Positions 22,732 through 34,616 of a stretch of DNA of 64,000 nt are shown in pieces (within the stretch, counting starts at the first letter, position 1; each line of letters begins with the position of its first letter). The stretch spans positions 62,001-126,000 of the forward strand of contig JALDZS010000056.1 in assembly GCA_022813965.1 (NCBI GenBank). The letters run 5' to 3'. The notes under the pieces were generated by a model. The model did not search any database and was not told the DNA's origin. It saw nothing but the letters and a program-made list of their open reading frames with translations. Position numbers and translations under genes: made by a program. This DNA is from Toensbergia leucococca (taxonomy: Eukaryota).

Positions 22732-24013
22732 ATGACCATGGCAATCCGAGACAAGTCTAACGAATATTGAAGGGCGGCAAAGCTCTTTGATGTATCCAAT
22801 CTCACCGTTGTAGTGACTGGAGGTGGGACTGGTATAGGCCTTACGACAACCTAGCATATGGTATCCAACAGAGCCAGGGTCTACATTACTGAACGTCGTG
22901 ACGAGGCTTTAAAGAGTGCTGCGGATCAATATGAGACTGGTCCTGACAAGATCATTGCGTGAGTGATACTCTCTATTACTCCGAAGCTATAGCTGATTGA
23001 TGAAGCCTTCTGTGAATTCTCTGTGGCATTGCCGAATTGGGAGCGGCCCTGACGCCAACAAGAGGTGATAATTCAAAGAAGAATGACCTGAAACGCCTTG
23101 CAGGAAAGGTCGCGAATAAAGAAGCAAATGGGATCCACATCCTTGCTGACAATGGTATACAAATTGGTTCGCATTGTGTTCGACAAAGTGACCGTATTTC
23201 AAGCTGATATTGCTCGCAATGATAACACGTCATACTCGGGGGGCAAGCCAGATTTCAGCTCCGCCTAGAGTATATCGGATCACCTGTCAAAGAGTGAGCC
23301 CGAGAACTGGCAAGATACCTTCCAAATCAAAATCACGGCCCTTTTCTTCACAACCGTAGTTTTCTTGCCACTGTTAGTCAAAGGAAGAAATATCACTCCA
23401 GGCTACACAGGCTCCGTTGACAGTATCACCTCGATATCTGAGGTCATGAAGCTATGTTCTAGGCATATTTGTTTGCCCGTGGTAAACCTAATTCACTAAT
23501 TTGAATTAAAAGGGGTCTAGCAGCGGACAGTTCGCCTATGCAACTTCCAAGGCGGGTAGGCTTTTCTCCACCAAAACGACCCCTATTAACCCCTTTACTT
23601 ACTCTGCGTAGGATTCTTTGCATCTCATCAGATTCATGGCTACTACATTCAGCGAAGCCAAAATTCATGTCAATTACATTGCCCCCAGTATATTTCCGAG
23701 CGAAGTGACAGCTGGTTCATCCCACGAGTTTCAGAAATCTAAGCTTGATATGCAGGTATCAAATCCAGTAGGTTGGCTGCCAATTAGTTGTTTTGGAAAC
23801 CAAGACATTTCCAGCAGTGAATTGACTTTTTCAGGTCGCCCAAGTAAGGACTCAGACATGGGTGGCTGTATCTTATTCTTGGTTGGGCCTGAAGGAGTTT
23901 TTCTCAATTCACAGGTTCTTTATTCAGGTGGAGGTGAGTACCGTATTGATGATACATCCGGGCCATATGACTGTCTCTCAGGAAACAATTTAGTCCGGCC
24001 CCCTGCGACATGA
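22732..24013 (+). pseudogene. Short-chain dehydrogenase/reductase pseudogene
   Basis: LFDVSNLTVVVTGGGTGIGL (Rossmann motif), catalytic YATSK and IAPSIFPSE are present, but there are in-frame stops at 22768-22770 (TGA), 22852-22854 (TAG) and 23266-23268 (TAG), and degraded conserved Gly residues. Confidence 0.88.
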
Positions 24014-24686
24014 TTCAGTATTCAGACCTGGGTTTCTTTCTTACAAATTTTGTGTATATTCGACTCTAGTGGTACTTAACCGGCTGCTTTCGAGAGAATG
24101 TTCTTCAATGCATTCAAGTATCGAATGACATTTTCATGATGATTACCTTTCACCCTGCTATTCGTCAGCTCAATTTAAAAAGCAACAGCAACTAAGTTAG
24201 TATCAACGGCCGTTTGGTCAGGACTAATGTTTTCATCCATTATTGAGTTCAACCGCTGGCACCACTTTTAAATAATCCTCGTCTGAACGTATCACTGATA
24301 ATTAGGCCGGCTGGATCACAATTCAGGGTTCGAGCTCTGATTGACCGTAAACCGGCAGAGTCCTTTCGGGCTCGATTCAAGAGTTGAGGATTGGAACACA
24401 ATACCCCCTCTCACGGACGACAACAAAAAGCGAGAATCACAGCAGCACAATATAAGCATTTAAATGTAATAAAAACAGCACCCACAAGCCATGGACCAGC
24501 GTAGGGAATACACCTCATTTGTTTTCGGATTCTCAATCAATCTTTACTGTTACAAAATAGAAGACGCTATTCCTCGACTGAGGTTGACAAATGTTTGCAC
24601 TGTTTGCCAGGGTCAAGCGAGTATTTCTGTTCGGTCTTTGCTGCCACCCTGCTCCCTCTCATTGAAGAAGTATAGAGCAAAGCGCA

Positions 24687-25598
24687 ATGCATTCTCTCAT
24701 CCTCCCTCTGAATGTTTCATCCATGGAGGATCTGTCAGAAACCCCGAGGATTGTCTGCTATCATCAGACGCATTACCATAATGGGAAGTTTGTCTCTCTC
24801 CTACCGCTTCTCAGCGAGAAAACCGACGTTACCCACGTCATCATTGCAGCTATACATATAAACGGCCGTGACAACATCACTCTTAATGACAATGAATATA
24901 CCGATCCCAAGAACGAACCACTTTGGGAGGAGGTCCGCACGCTGCAACGTGCCGGCATCAAAGTCCTTGGCATGCTCGGCGGCGCTCATCAAGGCTCATT
25001 CACCGCCCTCGATGGCGAGATTGAGAGCTTCGAAGCACATTACAAAATCCTCCACGAATTAGTCATATGGACGGGACTAGACGGTCTCGATCTCGATGTC
25101 GAGGAAGCAATGTCCCTGGCTGGCATGATCCGATTGATCGATCGGCTCAAATGGGACCTTGGACGAGACTTCCTCATCACGCTTGCGCCGGTCGCGACGG
25201 CGATGCGAGGCCAGCAGAACCTCTCCGGGTTTGAATACGAAGCTTTAGAGAAGGCCTTTTCCACCAACATTGCTTGGTATAACACGCAATTCTACTGCGG
25301 GTGGGGGTGCATGGAGACGACAGCCGACTATGAAAAAATAATTGCTCGCGGCTGGCCTGCGAAGAAAATCGTTATCGGCTTGGTGACGAATCCGGCCAAT
25401 TGCGCTGGATGGGTACCCGATGATGCGCTGCGGGAGACACTGACGGCGTTGAAGAAATCGTATCCGGATCTTGGTGGGGTGATGGGATGGGAGTACTTCA
25501 ATTCTATGACAGAAGCTGACGGTGAGGGAACTCCGTGGTGTTGGGCAAAGTTCATGAGCAAGCTCTTGTGGTCATCGAACGGTGGTGAAGAGTCCTAA
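24687..25598 (+). CDS. GH18 glycoside hydrolase, endo-beta-N-acetylglucosaminidase (ENGase)-like, no signal peptide
   Basis: RIVCYHQT, THVIIAAIHIN, KVLGMLGGA, intact catalytic LDGLDLDVEE, WYNTQFYCGWG and GVMGWEYFNS. Start may be ATG 24723. Confidence 0.88.
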   Translation: MHSLILPLNVSSMEDLSETPRIVCYHQTHYHNGKFVSLLPLLSEKTDVTHVIIAAIHINGRDNITLNDNEYTDPKNEPLWEEVRTLQRAGIKVLGMLGGAHQGSFTALDGEIESFEAHYKILHELVIWTGLDGLDLDVEEAMSLAGMIRLIDRLKWDLGRDFLITLAPVATAMRGQQNLSGFEYEALEKAFSTNIAWYNTQFYCGWGCMETTADYEKIIARGWPAKKIVIGLVTNPANCAGWVPDDALRETLTALKKSYPDLGGVMGWEYFNSMTEADGEGTPWCWAKFMSKLLWSSNGGEES

Positions 25599-26087
25599 AG
25601 ATGGCGCCTTGTTAAAGATTATAATCGATCAGAGTCGCTCGAGAGGCTCGCTGAGCATAGCTTTCATCTTTTTGACATGTAGGATATATAGTCGAGATGG
25701 AGCGAGTATTTAATGCATACAAGTTGGGCGCATTGACGGCATCTTTGCGATATTATTTAATATCTCGTCGCGAGAAAAAGTTCGTCTCGACACCACTTAA
25801 ATGCTCCCCACGTCGTACCATTCACACCACTGCAGCACGACCATTTCGGATCTCATCTTAGCAACCCAGCAGGTAATCAAAAGATCCCGAATGGGTTTTT
25901 TTCCTAATCCACAGCAGATTGTGTAAGAGTCTCGACGGCTTGACCCAGTGAGTTGAATGTGGGATCGTAAATATAAAGGTCATGTGACTGCCCTCGCACC
26001 GCGATTACGAAATGTTGCTATTAATACCCCTCACATCTCGGAGTTTTATTCGTCTTCGATGCGGATCCTTCTGATCCTTTTGAATAA

Positions 26088-27164
26088 ATGCTGAACGCAT
26101 TCTGGGCTCGAAATTTATGGATTCCTCTTTCTGTCGTGTCCATCGCCATCGTAGCTCTGCTATATCGTGATTCAGTTCCGGGCTTCTTCCAGACACTCGC
26201 CATGTTTAACAACCCTCCTGCTCCGAGCTCTTGGCGCAACAAATTGGGCTCGCCAGAATTTCCTGCTGAGCCGGACAGGTATCATCTTTATGTTGGCCTG
26301 TTCTGTCCCTTCGCCCACCGTGTCATTCTTACACGCCAGCTCAAGGGTCTTCAAGAATTTCTTCCCATGAGCATAGTCAAACCATATCCAAAGAACGATG
26401 GGGGATGGCGATTTCCTGCAACAGACGATGAATATCCCGGCTCCACAGTAGATCATCTCTTTCATTCGCATTTCCTGAATGAGATATATTTCAAGAGCTC
26501 TCCCAATTACCAAGGCAGATACTCGGTACCTGTTCTTTGGGACAAAAAAACGAACCAGATTGTAAACAACGAGAGTGAAGATATCATGCGGATGCTCAAT
26601 ACAGCCTTCAACGATTTTCTTTCAGAGGAAAGCAAAAAGGTACACTTTAGGCCGTCCGATCTGCGTAGTCAGATCGATGAGATCGATGCTTGGCTTGTCC
26701 CGGATCTCAATTTGGGAGTATACAAAGCTGGCTTCGCACAGGCACAGGAAGATTATGAGAAGAATGCTCGAGTTGTGTTTAAGACGCTTGATAGGCTTGA
26801 ATCCATACTGAAGTCACATGAGGGGCCTTATCTCCTCCCCGGAAACAATCTTACAGAAATCGACCTGAAGCTATACGCCACTCTTGTCCGGTTCGATGCC
26901 ATCTATGTTCAGCACTTCAAGCTTATCATAGGAACTATTCGCCACAATTATCCGGCATTGAATCGCTACCTGAAGAACCTTTACTGGAACGTCAAGGGAT
27001 TCAAGGAGGTCACGAACTTCAAACATATCAAAGAGAATTATAGTAAGAGTCACAAAGATATCAATCCAAAGAGCATTACGCCCCTTGGCCCATTCCCTGA
27101 GATGGAACCATGGACGAAGGAAGACGAGGACTGGAAGAGAAGCCTTGAGGACGTGCCAAGTTGA
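26088..27164 (+). CDS. Glutathionyl-hydroquinone reductase / Xi(omega-like)-class GST (Ecm4/YqjG family)
   Basis: FPAEPDRYHLYVGLFCPFAHR, YSVPVLWDKK..IVNNESEDI, GVYKAGFA, TLVRFDAIY..HFK, HIKENYSKSH.DINP..ITPLGP. Confidence 0.93.
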   Translation: MLNAFWARNLWIPLSVVSIAIVALLYRDSVPGFFQTLAMFNNPPAPSSWRNKLGSPEFPAEPDRYHLYVGLFCPFAHRVILTRQLKGLQEFLPMSIVKPYPKNDGGWRFPATDDEYPGSTVDHLFHSHFLNEIYFKSSPNYQGRYSVPVLWDKKTNQIVNNESEDIMRMLNTAFNDFLSEESKKVHFRPSDLRSQIDEIDAWLVPDLNLGVYKAGFAQAQEDYEKNARVVFKTLDRLESILKSHEGPYLLPGNNLTEIDLKLYATLVRFDAIYVQHFKLIIGTIRHNYPALNRYLKNLYWNVKGFKEVTNFKHIKENYSKSHKDINPKSITPLGPFPEMEPWTKEDEDWKRSLEDVPS

Positions 27165-27980
27165 AAGGTCTCCGGGTGGGAAAGGACTTGTCTTGCCTTT
27201 GCTTTCGAGGCGGAATATGAGTCCTTTACGTGGTATTACGGCAGCGTATTGAAATCGGTTCCTTGTTTACTATACCAATACTATCGCATAAGAGATGAGC
27301 CATACCAAATTACTAACTCCATCATATTATCTTCCCGTGAGACTTCTTTGATATCTATGGTCTGTGTTTATCATCGGACAGCTATCATTGCAAAGCCGTG
27401 ACTCGGCTGATACAGTTTAAGTGATGCCAGAATTGCAGGTATTTGGTTCAATTTATGAGTGAGATGACTAGGTTTTCAGGGCTCCATCGCAAAGAAGCAG
27501 TTATCCTGTTCAAATGAGATTGGATTGACTCTCACAGTCCCTCTATTGTAGGCACAGTATCCCATTTTCATGACCAATGTGTAAATCTCGTATACAATCG
27601 TCAAACGTTCTTAGTTCCCTTCTACCTTTGTCCTTTGCACCTTTGAATCTCTAAGAAGTTCTCATGGGACGCTCCAACGTCGATGGAAACTTCCTCCGTT
27701 TCCCTAAACTTCCCGTCATTGGAACAAGGCTTGTGGGCTATCAAGCCTGAAACCCAGTAGGGTAAGGTATTTACCGGTGATGTGGAGTGTTCAGTTGAAG
27801 CATACCAACTTATTTTTATTTCTCCTCAATAGGTGATTTCCCTCTGCTGGTTGAATTCATTCATCATAATTTTACATTCACGCTATCCTTACTAGCTATG
27901 TACCAGGACACACAAATTCACTGCTGCAGCGCTCTGGCACGCCCTCCTGCCCACATATTCTTACCCTTCGACGCGGCTCA

Positions 27981-30138
27981 ATGGAGCCTGGGAAAGAATA
28001 CATCGTGCAGCTCCCAGGTCGAGACGGCCTAGCTTATGTCCGGAAAAGAGAACCTGTAAGACCGCCGATCTTTCCTTTTTCCTCAAATTCTGCACTATCT
28101 CAACGAAGCTGCTCGCTCGACCGCGCTCCACAGTATGTGGTAACTCTTCCACCTCCGACTCCTCTCATACCTCTACCTCTACCGCTACCTCTCCCTGTAC
28201 CTATACCTCTGCATCCACCTCCACCTCCTCCACCGCTGCAACTTGACTACCTTGGAGCCCCTCAGCCAGGCTTCACCACCTTTCCAGCTCCACCGCCTCC
28301 TACCTCGTATCGACAAATTGCTCCTCCGCCGAGTCGAGCAGAACATCTTGTGCAGCAGCACATATGCTCTTCGTGTGGGAAGATTCGATCTCCTAGCTTC
28401 CACATTCGACATCCAATAACACCAGGAGAGGCACCTAGGCCAGGTACTTGTCGGAAATGTGTTAAAAAGCACACTTCGAGCGAGGAGAGCCAGGACAAAG
28501 CAAAGCGTCACCGATACTCTCACAGAAGCCGCCGAGAACGTGTTTATAGTGATTCGGCAGGAAACCGAAGAAGCAGTAGCTCGAGCAAAGAAGAGGTCCA
28601 TGTTGTTCGAAGATCTCATTCTGCGAGCAGAGACTCAGCCAGAATGCGTAGATCGTCGCTATCAAGCTCGAATAGCAAGACCGAGATCGTTATATCTTAC
28701 CAACCCAAAGAACTCACAGTGAGGAGGACCACTAGACGACAGTCGCCGCCAAAGGAAGGAGTACGAATTATTCGGAGAATACGATATGTTGATGGAGCAG
28801 AACAACTTCGCTCTCGATCCAGGTCCAGAAGCTCTAGCCGTCATTCGTTCTCGCGGTATGAGAGACGTGAGGATAATTCATACCCCGAAGATGACTATGT
28901 CCGTATTTACACGTCAACTGAAGAGGGAAAGACCCGCCAGCATCGAATCATTGAGTACAGCGACGACGATAACCATATCAGAGAGCATACTAGACCAGCT
29001 TCACGTCGCCCCACGGGATCAATGCTTGCTCAGCACGGAACACCATTTACTACACATTGGGACGAGGATTTTGATACGTCTCCTGGCACATATTCTAGAA
29101 ATTCTCACAGCCGCAGGTCTATGGATGAAAGCTCTTTAGTTTACGAGCCAGAGATTGAGGAACTTCCGCGGCAATCTTCTCGGTCTGTACGGATACTAAG
29201 AGTTTCCCAAGATGACTCAAGACCAACTTATGGGCGCGGCGGGAGTAGCGGTACCGCAGATACCGCAGGTGCAAGAGTTTCTTTCGCCCCAGAAGTGAGT
29301 ACCAGAAGGGCCGTTAGAGAAAGGCATTTCATCGAAGAAAGAGAACCACTGCAACACGAAGAGCGACGTCGACCAAGAATGTTCGACGAAGATAGTAGCG
29401 AAGAGTATCTTGCTCGAGGTATGCTTGGATCAAAAATGCTTCTGCAATACATATTGACGACGCACAGAACACTTGACACCTCCAAGAAACTATCGCTACG
29501 TCCGTCCCTCAACTCCTCCAGACCGCCACCTCGCCGCAGCTCCCCATTACTCCGACCACGAGACAACCCGCATAATTCATACCACACAGACCAGTCCCCA
29601 CAGGGCCGAATTTTCCCCGCCAAGAGGCCGACCCCCCATTCGCCGTAGTCCCTCTCGCGCGCGGAGCATATCCTACAGTCCACCTTTCTACCGGCATCTT
29701 ACAGTCAGAGAACCAGAGCACGAGTCAGCGAGTTATCTCCCATCGAGGGAGAGGAGTGTGAATTTTGCTGAGGAGCCAAGAGAGGTACTGAGAATTTCGA
29801 GGGAAAACTCGAGGGAGAGATTTCCTGCACGATATGTTCCCATGAGAGACAGGAGAGTCGATTATGCTGAAGAGGAGACAGGAGTATTGAGAAGGTCGAG
29901 GTCGCAGTCGAGAGAGAGATTGCCAACCCGTCGTGTTTCTGTGAGCGAGAGAAGGATGGAGCATGCTGAGGAGCCGGGAGAAGTGCTGAGGATCTCAAGA
30001 TCGAGAGAGCGGGAACGTGAGCGGGAGCGTGGGCCAGTGAGGTATGTTTCGGCGAGGGAGAGGAGGGGAGTTCCTCTTAGGGAGGAGCCGGAGGAGGTAC
30101 TAAGGGTTTCAAGATCAAGGGAACGGGAGGATTGGTGA
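27981..30138 (+). CDS. Pro-rich, Arg/Ser-rich hypothetical protein with CxxC...CxxC knuckle and C-terminal repeats; 2 exons
   Basis: ORF 27981 joins ORF 29473 in frame through intron 29419-29467 (GTATGC...TTGAC...CAG). Contains HICSSCGKIRS...CRKC and many RS/RE dipeptides. Confidence 0.75.
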
Positions 30139-30219
30139 GGGAGGAACTGCGTGTATTGGTCGAGTTTAAAATGAGCGTGCTTTCGCTTGGAGAGGCTAGA
30201 GTTGTCAAGATATGACTCG

Positions 30220-30850
30220 TCCTGTTTTTTCAATTTGCTGTGTGTGTTTTTGTTTGTAATGCGTAGGAATAGGGGATTGTGCCAGTGTAGTGGGTTGTTG
30301 TTTTTTTTTATTTATTTCGGATGTGTGATGTTTTTCTTTTTTTTTTTTTTTTCGATTTAGCTTAGGGCTTCCTAATATTCTTATATCCCATGTTGATAAA
30401 CCCTACACCCCCGTTCTTGCACTCCCCCCGTAAAACATTTTCTGAATAGACATCACTTTTTTGTAATTTTTAGTAGGGCTGGGAGAGCGGAGGTGGTGGG
30501 TTCGGTCGGAGATGGGAATTGGAAAAGGGGGTGTGGAGGGACGGGATGGTTTGTGCAGTGAGGATTTATGTCCATGTGGGTTTTCTTTCCGCCTTGGGAA
30601 AACGCTTTTCTATTGAATTGAACAGAGTGTGTTTTTCTCAAAAATACTCTAAAGCATGCTTTGATTCGGGTTGGGGGGAGGGGGAGGTTGGGAGGTTGGG
30701 TTTAATGTATCCAAAAGGGGTGTCAGTGTATCAGTCGGTAGCCACAGGATATAATAGTCTGCTTCCCATTCAAACAGTACAAAGGACGACTGGCTGGACC
30801 TGGATGAAGACAGGTGAATTCATTACACGCCAAAAAAAAAAAACAGCATA
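30220..30850. repeat. Low-complexity T/G-rich spacer between convergent genes
   Basis: Poly-T at 30301-30352, G-rich block at 30470-30720, poly-A at 30832-30843. Confidence 0.7.
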
Positions 30851-31000
30851 TTGTCACCACCACCACGTTACCTTCATGGAGAAGATTTCTTTCTTGCATT
30901 TTGCTGGACTAGAGTAACCTACCTACCTATCCTTCCGAGTCTACCTTGAATCCTCTTCGGCTGCCCATCAAATCACATCATCCTTGTTCCTCGCTTTGCA

Positions 31001-34000
31001 CTACCATTTCATCTCCTCGGCTTGCTGAGCCCCGGCCCCACGGCCGTTCCAAGCATTCTCGGGATTGCCGGTCCAACCTCCTGGCTGCCCTGCCCAGCCA
31101 CCCGTGTTGTTCATGACGTAGTTGCCAGTGGTCGCTTGGCCTTGATTGTCAGCCCCAGCTCCTCCCCCGGCGGTATTGCCAGCAACCGCTTGATCTCCAC
31201 TCCAATTCCCTCCCCCTGTGTGATTTCCATACGTTGCTTGATTATCTGCCGCTCCGGTCTCAATGCTCACAGGCGGTGGATTCCCATTGCTGGAATCAGT
31301 ACTGGTGCTATTGCCGCTGGCTTTATTGTTATCTGACACACTCTGTGGGGCAGCTTGCGAATTGACCTGAGTGAGGCCGGCACTAGCCGCCTTTGATGAA
31401 TGTTAGAAATGTCGTGATGCCACTGAGAATGTGCTCACCTTTGCTCTCATGAAATGTTCGATGATCTCTGTCTTGGAAAGACTCTGCAACCTCTGCTTTT
31501 CCTCCTCCTCTGTTTCTGACACCGTGATATTGAACATTTTCTCCAGAGCCTCTGTAAGGAGGGGTTAGCCAGCCACGATTTATTTCTCGTACCAAACTTC
31601 CCTACCCTGAAATCGGTAATTGAAAACAAATGCTGCATATGGCGTTTCGTGACTATCCATGTATCTTGGAGACGACGTCTTATGCACGTATGGCATCGCT
31701 TTCCCAGCTCGTACTTGATGCGACGTGTTGTTCCGTTGTGCGATCTCATTGGAAACGGTATACAAGGGTTCTTCCTGTAATATACTCAATCGTGAATTGC
31801 TCTCCTCTTCATCCTGGTGCTCCTGGTGCTCCTTTCTTCTCTGTTCTTTCATGTCTTCTATCGACCGATTCCAATTTGACCAGTACGGCTTCGAGCCATT
31901 ACTCAAGATTGGACCTTGCTCATGGAGAACAACTGGCACCTGTTCAGGCACTACTCCAGGTGTAATCTGCTGCTCAGGCACATGCTGAAATGGCTCCAGG
32001 ATAGGAGGGGCCTGAAAGGCTGTTGGTGGAACTGGTTGCACCGCTGCTTCAGTTGCTGGCCAATCTCCAGCATTACTAGGCGTTTTTTGGAAATTGTACG
32101 TGAAGTCAGCCTGTGGCTGAGATTTGATTGAGGCAGCTATACCCTGAGAAGCTGCAGTGCTATTCCTGCCACCGAATACACCAAGACCCACACCAGACTC
32201 TGCTTTTCCCTGTTTAGCCTGTTCATGTGCTTCGTAGGAATAACTCTCCACTGGCTTTGCCCAATTTTGAACTTGGTCCTGGCCGCTATTCATTTCGTTT
32301 GGATTCTGGATATTATTGCCATTCGAAATTCGCTCTCCCCCATTACGCCAGCTATCATTTTTCTGAATATCAGCGCCTGCGTTGGCCTCCCAATTCGGAG
32401 GTTGATTGTTGCTTATATCCCAAGCTCCCGGCATAGTATGTCCCACGTTCTCCCAAGGATCCTTTTTCGGGCCGCCCGACATAGCATTGTTACCTGGTGC
32501 TTGCCAGTTGGTACTAACAGCATTATTGTTATGCCCATTATCAGAAGCCTCCCATATGTCTTTACCTGCTTGGACGTTGGGAGAGGAGACGACGTTTCCC
32601 GAACTCTTAGTGCTACTAGATTTGGATGCTCTAGAATTTTGTTTTTCGCCCTCTGGATTGGGATCCCATGCCGGCCAGATGTTCGCAGTTTTATCCGGTG
32701 AGACTAAATCACCTTGTTCCTCAGCAACGTATGGAGTTTTCCTTGAGGCCCAACTATCGGTTCTTGGTCTTGTCGCCGCTGGAAATGGTGTCTCTGCTGC
32801 TTGCTGCTGCGGTCCATGAGTGACATTGATAACTATAGCAGGTGCTGCCGGTACGGCAGAAGCAGGAATCGCGCCCCAATTCTGGGGTAATTGACTATCA
32901 GCTGCTGGTGACTTGATCAGAGCACCAGATGTTGGCCCTTCGTTTTGGCTGCCATCACTATTCCGGTTGCTAGAGGCTTTCATCTGGGGCGAATTTCTAG
33001 GAAGGCCACGATAGCTGCCTGGGCGGCTTGACTTGGCCCAGTCTTTCTCGAAATGATCACGTGAGCGACTCCGAATTGGCTGGGCCCCTGGGGCTTGCGA
33101 TGAGGCTTCGATTGCAGGTTGAAAAGTGCCTGCATCCGGCCTATTTTGAGGAGCTCCCCATTGTGGTGGTCCGTTCTGAGGTAGAGATGAAGCATTCCAT
33201 CCTGGGGTGGCGACTGTACCTTGGCCTTCTGGTTGGTGTGTTCCTCCTATGTTCGCATTATTTGGGCTAGGTCCCCATTGCTGTTGCCCGCTCTGAGGTT
33301 GAGGTGGAGCGTTCCACCCTGGAGCAGCTGTAGATGCCTGACCCTGAGTTTGGTGTATTCCTCCTGTGTTCGCATTATTCTGGCCAGATACCCATTGGGA
33401 TGGTCCGTTTTGAGGCTGAGTTGGAGCACTCCACCCTGGAGCAGCCGTAGTTACCTGACCTTCAGCTTGGTAGACTCCTGTATTCGGTGCATTCTGGATA
33501 CCTCCCCAACGTGGCGTTCCGTTCTGAGGTTGAGATGGAACACTCCATCCTGGGACATTGGTTACACCTTGTTTTTGCGACTGATACGCTCCTCCTGGAT
33601 TTGGATTATTCTGGGTAGGTGCCCCATGCTGCGGTCCGTCCTGAGGCTGAGGTTGAGCATTCCATCCTGGAGTAGCCGTGGATGCCTGACCTTGAGGCTG
33701 GTAGACTCCTGTGTTTGGACCAGTCTTGGTACCTCCCCACTTCTGTATCCCGCTTTGGACCAGAGACGGTACCTCCCGTGTCCCGTCTCCTCCATATGTC
33801 AAGTAAGTGCGCGCAGCTTTAGGAACATCGCCCGGCCCATCGAACATAGATCCAACAATACCACCTAAGGTGCTGTCATCGTCTTCGCTAGACGAGTCAT
33901 CTTCATCGTTAGACGAGTCATCTTCATCGCTAGACGATTCATCTTCGGACAACGGACGAGGAGAGGCTCCTTTCGTGGCTGTCTCATCCGAGAAAGTAAG

Positions 34001-34616
34001 AGACACGACATCATCTGTGGATGTTGTGGCTTCATTCGATTCGACAGACGGCTCTGATACCGCGGAAAATTCTGGACCAACTGTTGTTGCCCATGGTATA
34101 TTCGACGCCTCGGGAGCAGGATAGCAACGAAGTACGACCACCTCGATAGTTCCCACATACTCAGCATTGTGGCTTAGCTGCTCGTTACTTCCCGAGACTG
34201 CGCAATGCAATGTCAACACTGCAAAGGCCGGATCAAGGTGACGAGAAAGACGAACCAATGTTAGGCTTTGCAAAGCTCCATTGCTTGCCTAGGAAAGATC
34301 CATCTGGTAACATTACCTCTTTTTGACGAACATGGAAGTCAATTTCGGTCCGTTTCCTCGTTGTGGTTCCATCCGGAATCCTCAAATTGCGTCGGTTGCG
34401 ATTGCATTGATACTCGCCATCCATATAAACAAACATGGCTAGACCTGGAGCGATGTAGCCTGTGGATCGGAGACGGACAGAGAAGGCAGTGGGAATGGGA
34501 GGTATCGGAACATATGTTTGGACAAAGCCATCTGTGTAGGAGGTATGAAGCTCTTTCATTGGCAGCTCGGAACCGTCCCATTCCAGGGTACATGTCAGTT
34601 GCTTGAGCTTCGGCAT
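31001..34616 (-). CDS. Large (~1150 aa) protein: fungal globular domain (DUF7918-like, from memory) interrupted by a long G/Q/N/P/W low-complexity region with GW/WG repeats; 4 exons
   Basis: Exon 1 MPKLKQLTC...GYIAPGLAMFVYMDGEYQCNRNR; intron to VSGSNE...GTIEVVVLRC; long ORF to EEPLY..SHQV...PYAAFVFNYRFQ; short exon EALEKMF...FMRAK; last exon AASAG...EEMKW* at 31001. All junctions are canonical GT-AG. Confidence 0.8.
33117..33754 (-). repeat. Coding tandem repeat, about 5.5 units of 114-117 nt (38-39 aa)
   Basis: Approximate consensus NGPxQWGxxQNNxNTGxxxQxQGQxxTAxPGWNAPxQPQ. Confidence 0.9.

Noticed and set aside
24300..24375. tRNA/SINE-like element (GGTTCGAG B-box-like motif plus hairpins)
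   Set aside because: Two small stems exist, but A/B-box spacing is far too short and no cloverleaf or acceptor stem forms.
33117..33754. Repeats as a KEP/RiPP precursor or CRISPR-like array
   Set aside because: No signal peptide or KR sites between units; the units are degenerate in-frame coding repeats with no repeat-spacer structure.
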